From Vitrella brassicaformis CCMP3155 (Eukaryota > Protista > Chromerida), in assembly GCA_001179505.1 (NCBI GenBank), contig CDMY01000613.1:186001-250000 (forward strand): DNA of 64,000 nt, read 5' to 3'. The notes beneath the pieces are model-generated. The model made no database searches, was not told the DNA's origin, and saw only the letters and a list, made by a program, of their open reading frames with translations. Shown piece after piece: positions 13,959 through 26,300 of this stretch. Every line of letters starts with the position of its first letter. Position 1 is the first letter of the stretch. Position numbers and translations under genes: made by a program.

Positions 13959-14571
13959 TTATTTCTGAAAAGCCCAGTTGAAGCCAGCAAGCAGAAACCC
14001 GATCCACAGCACCATACCCACCAAGCCGAGAAGAAAAGCTAGTGCTACCGCACCGGCCTCTTTCAAGGGATCTGCACACAGCGATAGATGACCACACCGC
14101 ACAGACAGACAGACGGACAGGGAGGGAGGGAGGGAGGGAGAAAACTCATGTGGTGTGTGTGTGTGTGTGTGTGCGTGTATGCCTTTGGTCTGCTGGATGA
14201 GCTGCCTCTTTTTCTGCTTGAGCGCCTCAAACTTCTTGTACTTGGCCATAAAGAACCTGTCCCGTTCGAAGCTGCCGAGCTCCTTGTCCACGTCAGCTAT
14301 CCGCCGCTGCTTACCCGCACCCTGCTGTGACACACACACACACACACACACACATGGTTCTTGTGGTGCATGCTGCTGCGGGTAAGACACGCAAGACGAT
14401 AGTACCTACCGTGGTGGGCGATTTGATGCCTGTTATCTGTGAGTACACTGACAGCAGTCTGCCCCGGTTGATGCGGGAGAGACGAAGGGGCGGGTGGACA
14501 AAGGCCGACGCCGCCCCGGGCAGACACTGAGAAGTCAGCAGGACGACAGCCAAGACCACCGCCAACATCAT
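13959..14571 (-). CDS. Small putative plastid-targeted single-pass membrane protein, 3 coding exons
   Basis: Signal peptide MMLAVVLAVVLLTSQCLPGAASA is followed by F and an Arg/Ser-rich transit-like segment (ASA|F motif), a charged helical middle and a C-terminal TM helix AVALAFLLGLVGMVLWIGFLLAGFNW. The second intron needs a GC donor at 14182. Confidence 0.7.
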
Positions 14572-15145
14572 GGCACCTGCATCAACAGCACACAGCCACA
14601 GACCTCCGACAGAGAAGGAGACCTCAATGGAGAGAGAGCTGACGTACCCGTCATGTGCAGCGCTGCGCTTCTGTGAGTGCTTCTGAGTCTAAGGAACGGC
14701 AGGAGGGGACACTGGGGAGAGAGGTGCAATGCATCCTTCTCTTGGCGCTTGCCGCGACGCGGGCGATCTCTCCATCTTGTTCTGTGTTTGTTGGCACCTA
14801 CCTTGGCCATAAGTGAGCTTGGAGGCCTCATGGTCCTTTCAGCTGTGCAATGAGAAGCGGTCATCGTTGCAGCCGACCTCTTTCAGCTGCCGTTCTTTCG
14901 CTTCGGGCGATCAGAACTGCGAGCGCAGATGCTTTCCGCAGTTTTCGTACCGCCCTGAACCCTTGGCACCGTTTTCTCCGCTCGCGCGTACCCTCCTGCT
15001 ATCGACACTCCAGATCTCTCCATTTGCTGGCCCGCCTCTGGAGAGCCATCGGCCTTTCTGCTGCTGCTGAGCCTGTCAGGCGTCCCCTGTCGGCTCATTA
15101 GGACACACAGAAGCTGCGCTGCCTTGCCTGTTCATCGCGTCAGCC

Positions 15146-17684
15146 ATGCTCTGGCAAGTTGACATTCGTCGCTTCCTGCGGCCGGCCGCTGCATCAGACA
15201 AGGCGGATCAGGAACCTCAGCAGCAGCACAATGAGCAGCAGCCGACAGGTGACATGATGGCACTCACGATACAGACGTGGTGTGCAATGCGTCGTTGATG
15301 CACTTTGGTGTGTTAATGTATGTGTGTGTGTGTGTGTGTGTGTTTCAGATTTCAGCAGCCCGGAGGCTCAGGCCATCGCCAATGAAATCGTCAGACAGCG
15401 AGACCTGGTGAGTCAAAGACGCTACGTGAAGCAAACACCCATCCTCCCCGCACACACGTCGTTTGTTTGCTTGTTTGCTCGCCATTGTGGTCAGGCTGCC
15501 CCGCCGCCCAATGCGTCGCTGTGCGGCGTCCCGCCCGAGAAGCTGGCCCACGTGTGTGACCACATGCCGACACTGGAGGCCGTCCGTCTGGCTCTCATCA
15601 ACAAGACTCTCCAAGACACGTGCCGGTCGCCGTTCGTCATCCGCCATCTGTTCATCACCCCCGCCACCCACCAGATGTGGCGCAGAGCATCGCGGGCCGT
15701 CCTGCGGCAGCTGCGGTGCCGGCTGACCCACCTGCAGACGGCCGCCATCACCACAGACGAGGAGGTCTACTCGCGGGGGCCCGGTCAGGACCGGCCGGGC
15801 GATGACACCGCCAGTGACGACGGGCGAGAAGGGGATGATGAGCCGCCGCAAGTGGTGGGTGGCAACGACGAGGCGACGGAGGCGCGTCGCCGTGCCCTCG
15901 GCCATCGGGCAGTGTACGCCAAGGTGCTCGAGGGTTCGGCGGCATCGCTCAAGAAGTGTCGACTGGAGGACAAGACGACCACCGTGCCCATCTCGCCGTC
16001 CAACTTGCCCGTCACCGCCAACCCTCGGCCGCCGATGGTGACCTTCGGCAAGCTTGAGGAGGTGGTGCTGTACGGCACACTGTGGCAAGGCGCGGCATAC
16101 GATCGGCGATGGTCCCTCCCCGCCCTCAAGACACTCGTCGTCAGCTTTCCCATTGCGCCCCAGTACTTCAGGAGCTGGGTCAAGGCATCGCCCCACCTCA
16201 GCCACCTCCACGTGACGCCCTTCCCCCTTCCCCACCTCACCTCATCCCTGTCGGCCGCCCCCTCCCTGGCCGGCCTGACCTCGCTGGGCTGCATCGACCT
16301 GACGGCGACGGACGCCTCATCCTGGCAGCCGCTGCTGAGTGTGCTGGAGAGCAAGGGGGCCGTCGGCCGCAACGGCCGCATCCACACACTCGGCGTGTGT
16401 ATTGACGTGGAGGACATGGAGCCAAATGGCATCCTCACCAGCTTGCGAGCCCTCGCCACGGCCATCCATCGGCTGGCGGGTGTGGGCATATCGGCAGCCG
16501 TCCCACACGTGACGGTCATCCCTGACGTGTCGGTCATCCCCGGCGCACCGCGGGCGTGGGATGACCACATCATGGCCAATGTGATCAACCATCCTCGCCA
16601 GGTGGATTCCGTCGCGGCTCGGCCGTCTTCGAGCGCTGCAGCTGCGTGTGAGCCATCGGTGGGCGGCGAGAGGAGGGCGCCCCTCTTCCCCAACATGGTG
16701 CCCACAGATGACCATGACGGTGCGAGTGGCGAGATGGTGGACAAGAGGCCCACTCAGCGGCCCTTCCAGCTGCTCGTCAAGACGTCTCCCTTATTTGACG
16801 ACAGGCTGCTGCGTCTCGGTCTGACGGCCTCCGATGCGCTGCCTAGGAAGATCATCCGTGAGATGGCCCGGATGGCAAGGTCAATGGTGGTCAAGGCCGT
16901 GTCGATCGCGGCACCGGCGACCGGCAGCGGCAGCTTCGGCGATTACGTCTTCGAGTCGCTGGACAATCTGACCATCTGTGGCTCCCCCGCTATCACCAAC
17001 TGCGTGCTGCCATCGCTCCCAGCGGCCCCGCGCAGCCGCTTTCCGCGACTCGAGACCGTCTGCTTCAAGAGCCCGTCCATCCGTTTGATTCGACAGGGCG
17101 GGGTGAGAGAGCTGCTCATGCCAGTCAGGGGGCAGCTCACAAGGACCCGCATCGAACTGAGGAACACACCCAGCAGCTACGACACGAGCTACGGCAGCGA
17201 TGACGACCCGCCGCCACCTGAGGCCGCTCCCGACCTCCTCGCACAGCTGATACTCGAGTGCCTGAAGACGACCGGCCATGTAGACAAGGTGATATTGCGC
17301 TTTCGGACGATCCATATGCTTGCTGACATCGCGGAGTTCCGGCCGCAGACGTCGCCCATCAACCACCTCTTCACGACGCCCAACCTCGCCGGCGGACTCC
17401 CGCCCATCAGGGAACTGTTCATCGAGACACCCTGTTGTGTCCACGACCGATTCGGCGATGTGCAGACCGACTTCATCATGGCCGTTATCCGCAATACACC
17501 AGGCCTCAAGAAAGTGGAGTTCAGCGATCATATGACTCAGGCACTGGTCCGCAACCTCACACCGCATCTGCTGCGTCACTCCCCCGCCTATCTGGCGACT
17601 GCTGCTGTGGATGAGGCCTTGGCGTCGGCCGGATCGCCGTTTGTGGTGGTGTTCAGTGATGACACCACACTCTGCCTGAAGTGA
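15146..17684 (+). CDS. F-box-like / LRR-like protein of a lineage-expanded family
   Basis: Exon 1 MLWQVDIRRF... (15146-15248), acceptor at 15348, probable in-frame 87-nt intron 15408-15494. F-box-like SLCGVPPEKLAHVCDHMPTLEAVRLALINK, then one ~2.2-kb exon with LRR-like segments (LPALKTLVVS, FPRLETVCF, LKKVEFS). Confidence 0.75.
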
Positions 17685-18476
17685 TAGAGAGAGGGGGATG
17701 GGTGCGGTCTACTGCGGAAGAGGGAGACGAGCATTTCACATAGGGGCGGTTGACAGCCTGTCAGTTGGACCATGGTGTCGCGTCATCGACCTTTACACGT
17801 ACATAAGTGCTTCATGTAATGAATGTCTCTCGCGTCAGGCCGCTTGCCGTCCACCCACCTGTCCAGCCATCATGCTGCCCTCCCCACCCCCATATCGCAC
17901 CGTCAACCATCCATCCATTCATCCATCCAATTACTCATCCCCACACGCCAGCCGGTCTTGCAATTCCACCAGGAGAGTCCTTCCTTCTTTGCGTGTGTGT
18001 TATCATGTGGTCAGTCGGTCGGCGTCTTTTGCACCGCCTACTGTGTGTGTTTATGTGACTTGGCGTGCCCCCTTACGACAAAAGAAAGATCGATCTCACT
18101 GGCGGTGGCGTCTCGCCCATGAATTCATCCGCCCGCCCGCTCTCTTAGGCGGTGAGTACGGGGATCGGTGTGGTGTGTGTGGGACCCATCGAATTCACCC
18201 ACCCTCTCCCGCCCGCCAGCAAAGATGAGAATGCACACAGTGAGAGAGAGAGAGAGAGTTTAGGTGTGATATCTATGGGTAGACAGCCTCCACAGCAGCA
18301 CCAGCATGCAGCCCCGCCGTCAGTGCATCACCACCAGCCAAGCAGTCAACCAAACACACAGCTGCACACACGGCAAGTAATGAACGACATCGCACATTGC
18401 GTGTGTGCTGGTTGTGGTGGTGCTTGGCCGCTCACTTCAGTGTGTGTGTATGTGTGTCTCGGGGTTTGTTTGGGCA

Positions 18477-20318
18477 TCAAAAGTACAAGACGCTGCCGAT
18501 GCCGAAGTAGCCCGGCAGCGACCACTTAGCTATCAGCGCGTCATGCTGGCCCTGCATCAACACACATCCGCAGAGAAGTGTGTGTGTGTGTGTGTGTCCA
18601 TCTGTGAGAGTGAGTGCCGTGTGGACGCACCACAGCCTGGTCGGGTTTGCCGTAGCTCCTCCCCAGGTTGCCCATCCGCGTGACGCACTCGCCAAGCAGC
18701 TCACTCTTCTTGCCCTTCTTGATGCCCGTCACTGTCACCAACGTGTCCGTCTGCACACACACACAAACGACAGACACCCCAGCCGTCAAGACATCCATGG
18801 TGTGTTTTTCCTTCCTCCGCCAGACAGACGCACCCAGGTTCTCTCGCCGTGCAGCGGCTGGCCTTCCCGGAGAAGAAATTTCTTGCGGCTCATGTACACG
18901 GCAGCAGCCTGGCCGATCGATGGCATGGGAGTATGTCATCAACACCACACACAGACAGTGAGGGCGAGGCGAGAAATGGGTGTTGGTTTGTATGTGTGTG
19001 TGTCTGTGTGTGTGTCCATACCGCGGTCATGCTGGCCTTGTACTTGGAGAAGTTATAGTCCGTCAACGACAGCTCCTGCACACGCACACACGACACAGAC
19101 ACGACACGGACATATGAGTGGTGCTGTGATGCTGAGGTGTGGTTGTGGACGAACTCACCAGGAGGAAGTGGACGAAGGCGTGTTCCTTGGAGCCCATGGC
19201 GATGCCGCCCGCCTTGGCGAACCGATCAGCAAACGTGGCCGCAGTCGACTCCGGCAACTCCATGCCCACCGTCCTGCATCAAGGCACCACACACACAGGT
19301 GTCACCCTCCCTCCCTCCCTCCCTCTGTGTGCGGCCGTACATGAGTATGTGGATCTCCAAGTTGAGGAGGTCGACGGCGGTGTAGGTGCGGTCCCTCATG
19401 CCGCTGGCCAGCGGCACCTCGTTGATGAGGTCGACCAGCTGGGCCACACTCACGGGCACCTTCTCCTCGTACTTGGACGCTATCAACAGACACGCGAAAC
19501 CCACCTGACAGACACAATACACACACACACACACACACACGGCTCTCGTGTCTTTCTGTGTGTGAGGATTGATTTGACGTACCGCCATTGGGTTGCGGAC
19601 CAGCAGGTCGGTCTCCTCCTTCCGCTGCTGCCACACTGCACACCACAACACAGCACAGCAAAGAGGGAATGAGTTCAGTGTGTGTATCCCATCTGGATTT
19701 GTGTGTCTGTGTTGAGTTACGTTTGTGCTCATAGTGGTCGAAGAGGCGCACAGCCAGGTGCTGTGCCGCCCTCGTCACGTCCATGCGGTCGCAGCCGTCG
19801 GCCACTCGGTCCACCGTGAAGCCGCGGAACTGGTTGAACGTGTTGCCGCAGCCCTGCAGGAACTCCTCAGACACCTCATAACGGTCCTGCACACACCACA
19901 CCACCACAGCCACCACACAATGCACACGCGCCGGATGGTCAGTGTGCGGTTTGCTCCCTTACGCGGCTCTTGTGTGCGGGAATGATGGAGGGGTGCTGTG
20001 CCACCGTCAGGTTGTTCTTGAACGCCGCCTCACTGTAGTCGGGCGTCATGGCCTGGAGCTTCGCCATCCTGCCATTGCCCAACACGGCCTCTCGCTCGGC
20101 GGCATTCTGCCGCTGAATCGTGAGCTGCACCTGGTCAGTCGCCTGCTGGTTAGCCTTCTTGGTCTTGCCGCCTTTGCAGTAGGGCTGGCTGCGGCCTGAG
20201 GAGCGTCCCTTGGAGCCCTGCAATGACACACACACATTGTTTGTATCAGTGTGAGGCTGCCGGTGGATGTGGCTGCTGCATGCACGCCCTGCCTCCCCTG
20301 ACATACCGCTTTCGGCAT
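18477..20318 (-). CDS. A/B-like cyclin, paralogue 1, 9 exons
   Basis: MPKA|GSKGRSSGRSQ...|...QFRGFTVDRV...|VGFACLLIASKYEEKVP...LLNLEIHILM|TVGMELPEST...HFLL|ELSLTDYNFSKYKASMTA|AAAVYMSR...GYFGIGSVLYF*. Cyclin N- and C-box motifs. I saw no premature stop. Confidence 0.9.
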
Positions 20319-20580
20319 CGGACAGCGTAGAGAGAGCAGAATGAGACGATTCGACGCCAGTCAGTACCAAATGGTCAGTACAGAAGACGGACGACGCAGA
20401 AAAGTGGACAAAGCGACAAAAGAAGTGAACAACTCGACAACAGCGACAGATCCGCCGAAGACTTTCTCTGGAACGAACCCTGAACCCGAGAAACCCTCCA
20501 CATCCGCGAGCTTAGCTTTCGCGCGTGCAGTGAAGGGATCACCTCGACATTGCGCTAGGAGGAATTGTACTTGCGCAGCC

Positions 20581-20814
20581 ATGGGACTTCGCGACTTTGA
20601 CTTCTTTCGGTGCGCCAGATCTGACTGACTGACTACGCATTACTGCACTGCTGCCTGTCTGTCTGTCTGTGTGGTGCAGGAAGATCCCTTATGAGATCCG
20701 CAGTCAGACCGAGCCGCCCTATCACTCATTCCTCTCGCTGCTGTGCCTCGCCTTCATCGTCTTGTTCGGCTACACCAGCCTGCAGAACTTCCTCACGCCG
20801 CAACCCAGCAGAAG
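20581..20814 (+). pseudogene. ERGIC3: Truncated ERGIC3/Erv46 fragment (exons 1-2 only)
   Basis: MGLRDFDFFR|KIPYEIRSQTEPPYHSFLSLLCLAFIVLFGYTSLQNFLTPQP is near-identical to the 5' end of the intact gene at 52212. Homology ends inside intron 2 at about 20868. Confidence 0.85.
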
Positions 20815-21183
20815 GTCAGCAAGCAAAGTGAGTGACGGCCGCATCGCATCGCGGGCTGTGTGCTCGGCTGTATGTGTTGTCAGGTGTTGAGCCCTGGGTG
20901 AAGAAGCAAACGGAGAAGCAGCGCTGCGTTTGTCTTGGGGTGATTCACCTGCCGATGGTATGGTATGAGGACGAATGAACGAATCAACGATGTGGGATGG
21001 AAAAGCAAATGGGCGGAGAAGCACATGGGCGTGGCATCTCTCTGTGTTGTCACTGCAGGTGTCGTTGGTGGCCACCGACTGACTGACTGACTGACCAGGT
21101 GCGCCAGCAACGTTGAAAGAAAGAAGGCTTGCAAGTGACTGTGTGGGTCGCTGTCTGTCCGCGCAGGCTTGCGACCTGGTGCG

Positions 21184-22835
21184 ATGGCTCAATCGTCCTC
21201 TGCCGCATCGCAAGCACCTCCTCCTGCTAAGGTCCCACGCGGCTGTAGGCACCTGGACAAAGTCGACATCGTCCCTGATGCGGGCGTGAGTCGTGTCAGC
21301 CGACAGCTGTTGGAGGGCTGCATTCGGCGCACCTTCACTTCGGCCGCCCAAGTCACACAGCTGATCCACCAAGGAGCCGACCCGAGAGCCTTCGGCGGAA
21401 TGTGCGTCCGCAGCGCCACAGGGAGCTCCCTGGGCTTGCGATGGCGATACAGCTGCCTGTCTTTCGCCATCGACAGCCCAGCAAACACACCATTCCTCTA
21501 CGCGCGCGGCGCTCGTAACCAAGAGGTGCCCGTGGTGTTGCCGCAGTGGTCCTCCGGTCAGCTGCAGCGTGACGTCATCAATGCACTCATCGACGGCGGG
21601 GCGAACATCAATGGCGGCGGGTTGGAGCAGCGGGTCATCAGGGTGGCGGTTCGTGCGGGCAACTTGACGGCTGTCGAGGCCCTCCTGGCGCGTCAGGCCA
21701 ACGTGCAGGGAGTTAGGGCGATGGGGCTTCCCTACTTCGACGGTGATACTGCCCCTCCCGCCACTCGTGAGTACGAGGACATTCTCATGTCAATCTACCG
21801 TCGGCTCCTCGAACACGACAGCACACTCGCCGCAGAGCGGTCCTTTGGAGCCAATCTGGTACATATGGCAGTCTCGGTCCCTTCCATCTTCTCCCAGCTG
21901 TTCATCGATCAGTACCTCACCCTCATCACCAGCCACGTCGGAGCCGACACGACGGCAACAGACAACTTCGGCTGCACGCCACTGCACTTGGCGGCATCGT
22001 TTGGCTCCTACTATGTGGCTGAGTGGCTGTGCCGCCAGCTGACAGCCGGCGACGTCAACAGAGGGAAGCCGAACCACCCCGACAGAACACCCCTCGCAGA
22101 GGCTGCCCAGGCGCTCGACTCTTGTGCGCGGCATCAATATGGACAGGGAGAGGAGGAGCGGCGCTCAGGACACATCCGCAAGTACAAGACCATCATCGGT
22201 ATGCTGCTGCGGACCGGGGCGGCCCCATCCATCGCCCGCATGCTCACCGCCACCGAGGAGCAGCGCCGGTGCCGCCAGCTGGTGCTGACCGAGTATGCCA
22301 CAGTGCTGAATGAGTTGTCCGAGGTCGTCATGTCGGCCATCAATGCCGCCCTCGCCCCCCAGCGTGACCACTCGATGCTTCTCGCCCGTCTGCTGCCCCT
22401 CGCCCCCCACCACGACGGCGCCCACCCAACCCCTCCCCATCCAACATGGCATTCGGCCCACATGAGGCAGAGGCCATCGGATGGAAGATCGGCGCCTTCC
22501 TGCACGACCCCTCCGCTGCTGTGGCCGCCATCGACCAGTACCTCACCGGCGAGTCGCCGCTGAGGCGCCGCGTGGGTGCGGCCGTCGGCCACTTCGTCAA
22601 GTCGGCGGCCACCCAGACGAGCAGCAATAAGGAGGTGGTGGGCGGGACGAGACACGAGCAGCAGGGCGACAAGCGCGTCAAGGTGACCGTGCCGCCGCTG
22701 CAGTGCTTTAGGGTGGGCGGTGTGGGTGGCCGCAGGTTGGGTGTGCGTGAGGTGGTGCATCGGGCCCGGCTGGACGAGGCGCAGTATGGTGTAATGGGTG
22801 TGGTCAAGGGCTTCAACGAGCACCTCGGGTATTAG
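21184..22835 (+). pseudogene. Intronless ankyrin-repeat gene of the expanded family, with an apparent 1-nt frameshift near 22428
   Basis: Ankyrin motifs ALIDGGANIN, AVRAGNLTAVEALL, GCTPLHLAASFG, RTPLAEAA. The frame breaks at cac cca a|cc cct: restoring one C gives HDGAHPHPSPSNMAFGPHEAEAIGWKIGAFL, joining ORF 21169-22563 to ORF 22446-22835. Confidence 0.75.
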
Positions 22836-23386
22836 GACTGCCAATTCTCATGGCAACAGCTGGGAAGCATCGACAAGGCTACCGGGCTGTTTGTGTCGCT
22901 GGGCATCGACTGACTGTGACGGAGAGGGATGGAGGGAGACAGAGGGGAGGGAGGGGGGATGAGTGGGTGAGTGATTGTGGATGGGGGAAGCGGCGGGTTT
23001 GTGTATGGCTCGTGCAGCTCTTTCAATTTTATTGTGGCATGTTGCGAGAGACTCTCATGATCTGTGTATCTCAACGACGACTGTGTTTCGGGTACCTGAA
23101 ACGTCTTGATGCGTCCGGATCCCCTAGTGGCTGCATGGCATGACAATTAACTGTCCAGTGCCCACACCCACGTCATGCACGGCGTCTGGCGGGCCACTCG
23201 CACACATGAATGAATCAAGACAGTGTCTACTCAGCCCTTTCTACACAGATGACCTCGGTCATTCGGCAACTATGGCTACGGTGCTGTCTTGTCATGGGCA
23301 GCTCGACAGACTGCAGCCTGACCACACACACACACGTGCACACACCGTGAGCCCTTGTCCTTCTCCATGTCACTCACTCACACGCT

Positions 23387-26300
23387 TCAAGAGAGACGAG
23401 TTGCCTCCACCACGAAGACGCCGAGGCCGTCCGATATGGTGACGTCAAAGCCGCCTATTTGCATGCCGTTCGGGAGCACCTGCCGAAGGACCGTCCCAAA
23501 CATGTCGTCATATGGCGCTGCCAACCACAGCTGCACTGCCGTCAGGCCTGGCACGCCAGCAGTGAGCAGTGTCCACAGGAGGTCGTGGGCGAGTACGGCA
23601 GCATCAGAGAACTCAGGCACTGAATGACGAGACATTCACACGCGCATAATACCGGCGGACAATCAGTGAGTGCACTGACTGCACTTCAGTGCATACCTTC
23701 CACGTCTAGCCGTATGTTGTGAATCGATGGCGATGTCGCCGACCCCCACACGCCAAAGGGGTTCTCGGTGAGATCTTCCCCAGCAGCGACAGCAGCCACC
23801 TCCCTCTCACTCCCCAATCCGTCGAGCACCTCGTCCCTCTCCTCCCTGCTCACGCCTTTGCGGAATCCCACCTTCCCCATTTGCATGGGCATCTTCTGCG
23901 CCAACAGCCGGCCTGCAGCACTCCCCAGAAGGCCGATACGCAGCTCTCTTGCATTTGGGAACGGCTGCAGGTGGCTGATGATGGCGGGGGCGGGTGAGGG
24001 CGTGCCGGGAAAGATCGCGACGCCAGCGGCCCTCTCGACTGTCACGCGCTCCGCCCTCTCGAATGAGAGGCTCGATGCGATGTCGATGGCGGCCTGGGTG
24101 GGATTGTCGATGGGGTGGGTGATGTCATGATTGGTGAGGGAATAGCGCACCTTGGTTGCCCGCCGTGCCGCCTCCTGCATAGCAGCCTTGACGAAGGGGG
24201 ATGGGCGAGGGGGGAGTGCGTCGGCGTAGAAGACGGCCAGGTCGAAGGAGCTCGGCGTAGACGTCACGGTGATGGGGACGTCGGACGACACACAGCACAT
24301 GTTGATCAGGTCGTCGATGGCGAGCAGATCGGGGAGGGTGCTGGCTTGCATTGACGGTGGAATGTGCACGTCGAGCCCCGTCAGCGACTTCTGGCAGCCG
24401 CGCGACGTGAGCAGATCCTAAGAACAAAAGGACGGTAGGAAGGACGTCATATGCATGAGCGAGCACACGCACAGACGATGCCTTTGCTGTGTGGCGCGGC
24501 AATTGCCCACCTGGAGTTGTCTGGCTCCTTCCGTATCAAGCCTGAGTGCTCCGATGCGCTCCAGCTGTCTGAGCGGCCCTGGCTGCCCGGCAGGGGCCTC
24601 GGGTATGCGCCTGAAGACAGCCGCCCAGTACCACCAGGAGAAGCGACTCCCACTGACGGCCTTGAGCGACTGCGACGAGCTGATGAAGCGGCCCAGCGTG
24701 CGGGCGCCCCACCCCACCTGCTCCACACACTCGAGCGCGGGCATCTTCCAGCCCGTGTTGACCAGCACGTCGTGCTGTGGGAGGGCTCCAGTGACGGCCT
24801 TGAGGGCATGGAGGGTCGGGGGCGAATTGGTGAATGAAGGAGGGATAGGGGGACGGTTGCTGGTGGTCGTCGCGGTGGTGGTGGTGGTGCTGGTGGTGGT
24901 GGTGGTGAAGTGGATGGTCTCGAGGGATCCCTCCGCCATGTGCTGCTGCCCCTCCTTCTTGCACACCTCGCCACGCCCCGCCGCCTGGCCCTCTACGATA
25001 GCTATCATGCTGTCCAGGCACCACAACGGATTGTCCGATGGCTGCACGAGGCTGAGGGCTGTCAGGTTGACGAGCCCTCTGCCGAGCCCGAACGCCTCCT
25101 CAGGCGTCATGTTCTCCCAGAAGTGGCGGTCGTCATCGGTGAGAGGGTGGATAGCGACGTGTGTCTGCTGGTGAAGGGCTGCCATGTACACGGGGGACTC
25201 GCTGCTCTCCGTGACACTACCGGTTGATCGCTGCGCGAAGGCCGCTTCGCCAAACCGGCTGCCGCCGGTGGACAATGACGCCCCACTGCCGCTGGAGAGG
25301 GATGACGCCGTCATACCTGATCCATCCACACACACACGCAGCCGGCATGAGATTCATCCATCCATCCATCCATGTGCGTCGGCCCCCCCCCGTCACTCAC
25401 CAGTGCCGCCAAAGATGCTGCCCGTCGGGCCGACTCCACCGAACAGAGACTCACCACCCAACGCTGCCTCAGCACCAAACAGGCCGCCACATCGTCCCTT
25501 TGTGGACGCCTTATCGAGCCGTGATGCGGTTGGCGGCCGTGATGCGGTTGGCGCTTTCGCAGGCGCGAATAGGCTGCCACTCTGGGTCTGGATGCTGCCG
25601 CCGAAGAGGTCGACTGGGGCTGTGGTCGTGGTGGTGGTGGTGAGGCTGGCGCTCGAAGCGGGCGCAGGGGCTGTGCTCACGGGCTTGTTCCAAATGAGAT
25701 GCGGGGGTCGTGACTGAGATGCGGGGGTCGTTGCGCCGAATGTGAAGAGCGACGCTGTGCCGCCGCCTGGTGGCGCGGCAGCAGTCGCCAGGCCCCCCTC
25801 TCCCGTTGATGTGCATATCACAGACGACCCGCCAAACAGGGATGCTACCGATGGCACAACCCGCCGACCGCGGCCTCGCCGACCACGGCGGCCGATGGCG
25901 GGACCTCTCTCCTCGGATACCTCCGTGGTCTCGCTGCCGGCGGGCTCTTCTATCGCATTGGTCGATCCGAATGTGGCGCCGGCAAATAGCCCACCGCCAG
26001 TAGTCGACGGCAGGGCGGAAGACGGTGTGATGGGCGAGAGGGGTGAGTCGCTGGTGGCGTCGCCGCCAATGGCTCGAACACGGCTGAAGAGAACACCACA
26101 GAGGAAGGAAGGGATGCATCCATCCATCGCTCTTGGCATCCAAAGCTGTCCTTGCCGTCCATCTGCTCACTTACCAGCCAGATTTCCTGCGTGTCTGCTT
26201 GTGTCTGCGGGACTTCTTGTTGAGGAGGGTGATCGTCTCAGGGCCGGTGCTGCAAGGGGGCGGGAAGAGGGCGGACAGCTCGCGAGGGGACAAGAAGCCG

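Larger units (their letters stand above)
17766..20868 (-). repeat. Inverted segmental duplication, derived copy (paralogous to 51928-54926)
   Basis: The reverse complement aligns continuously with 51928-54926, including the cyclin exons and introns, the 3' flank, the promoter and ERGIC3 exons 1-2. Homology stops at GGACCATGG (17767) and at TGCTCGGC (20868). Confidence 0.93.

Noticed and set aside
15345-16753. Long antisense ORFs (296 and 322 aa) opposite the F-box-like gene
   Set aside because: Typical shadow ORFs of GC-rich coding sequence with no motifs. The same applies to antisense ORFs over the RING, GH10, ERGIC3 and cyclin genes.
17766-20868. Retrotransposon 3' transduction as the origin of the duplication
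   Set aside because: ERGIC3 intron 1 is retained in the sense orientation of the putative read-through RNA, and no poly(A) or TSD is visible. DNA-level duplication fits better.
20581-22835. In-frame ERGIC3-ankyrin fusion protein
   Set aside because: Direct splicing from either donor (phase 2 at 20814, phase 0 at ~20828) to the acceptors at 20884 or 21166 hits stops. The ankyrin frame needs phase 1.
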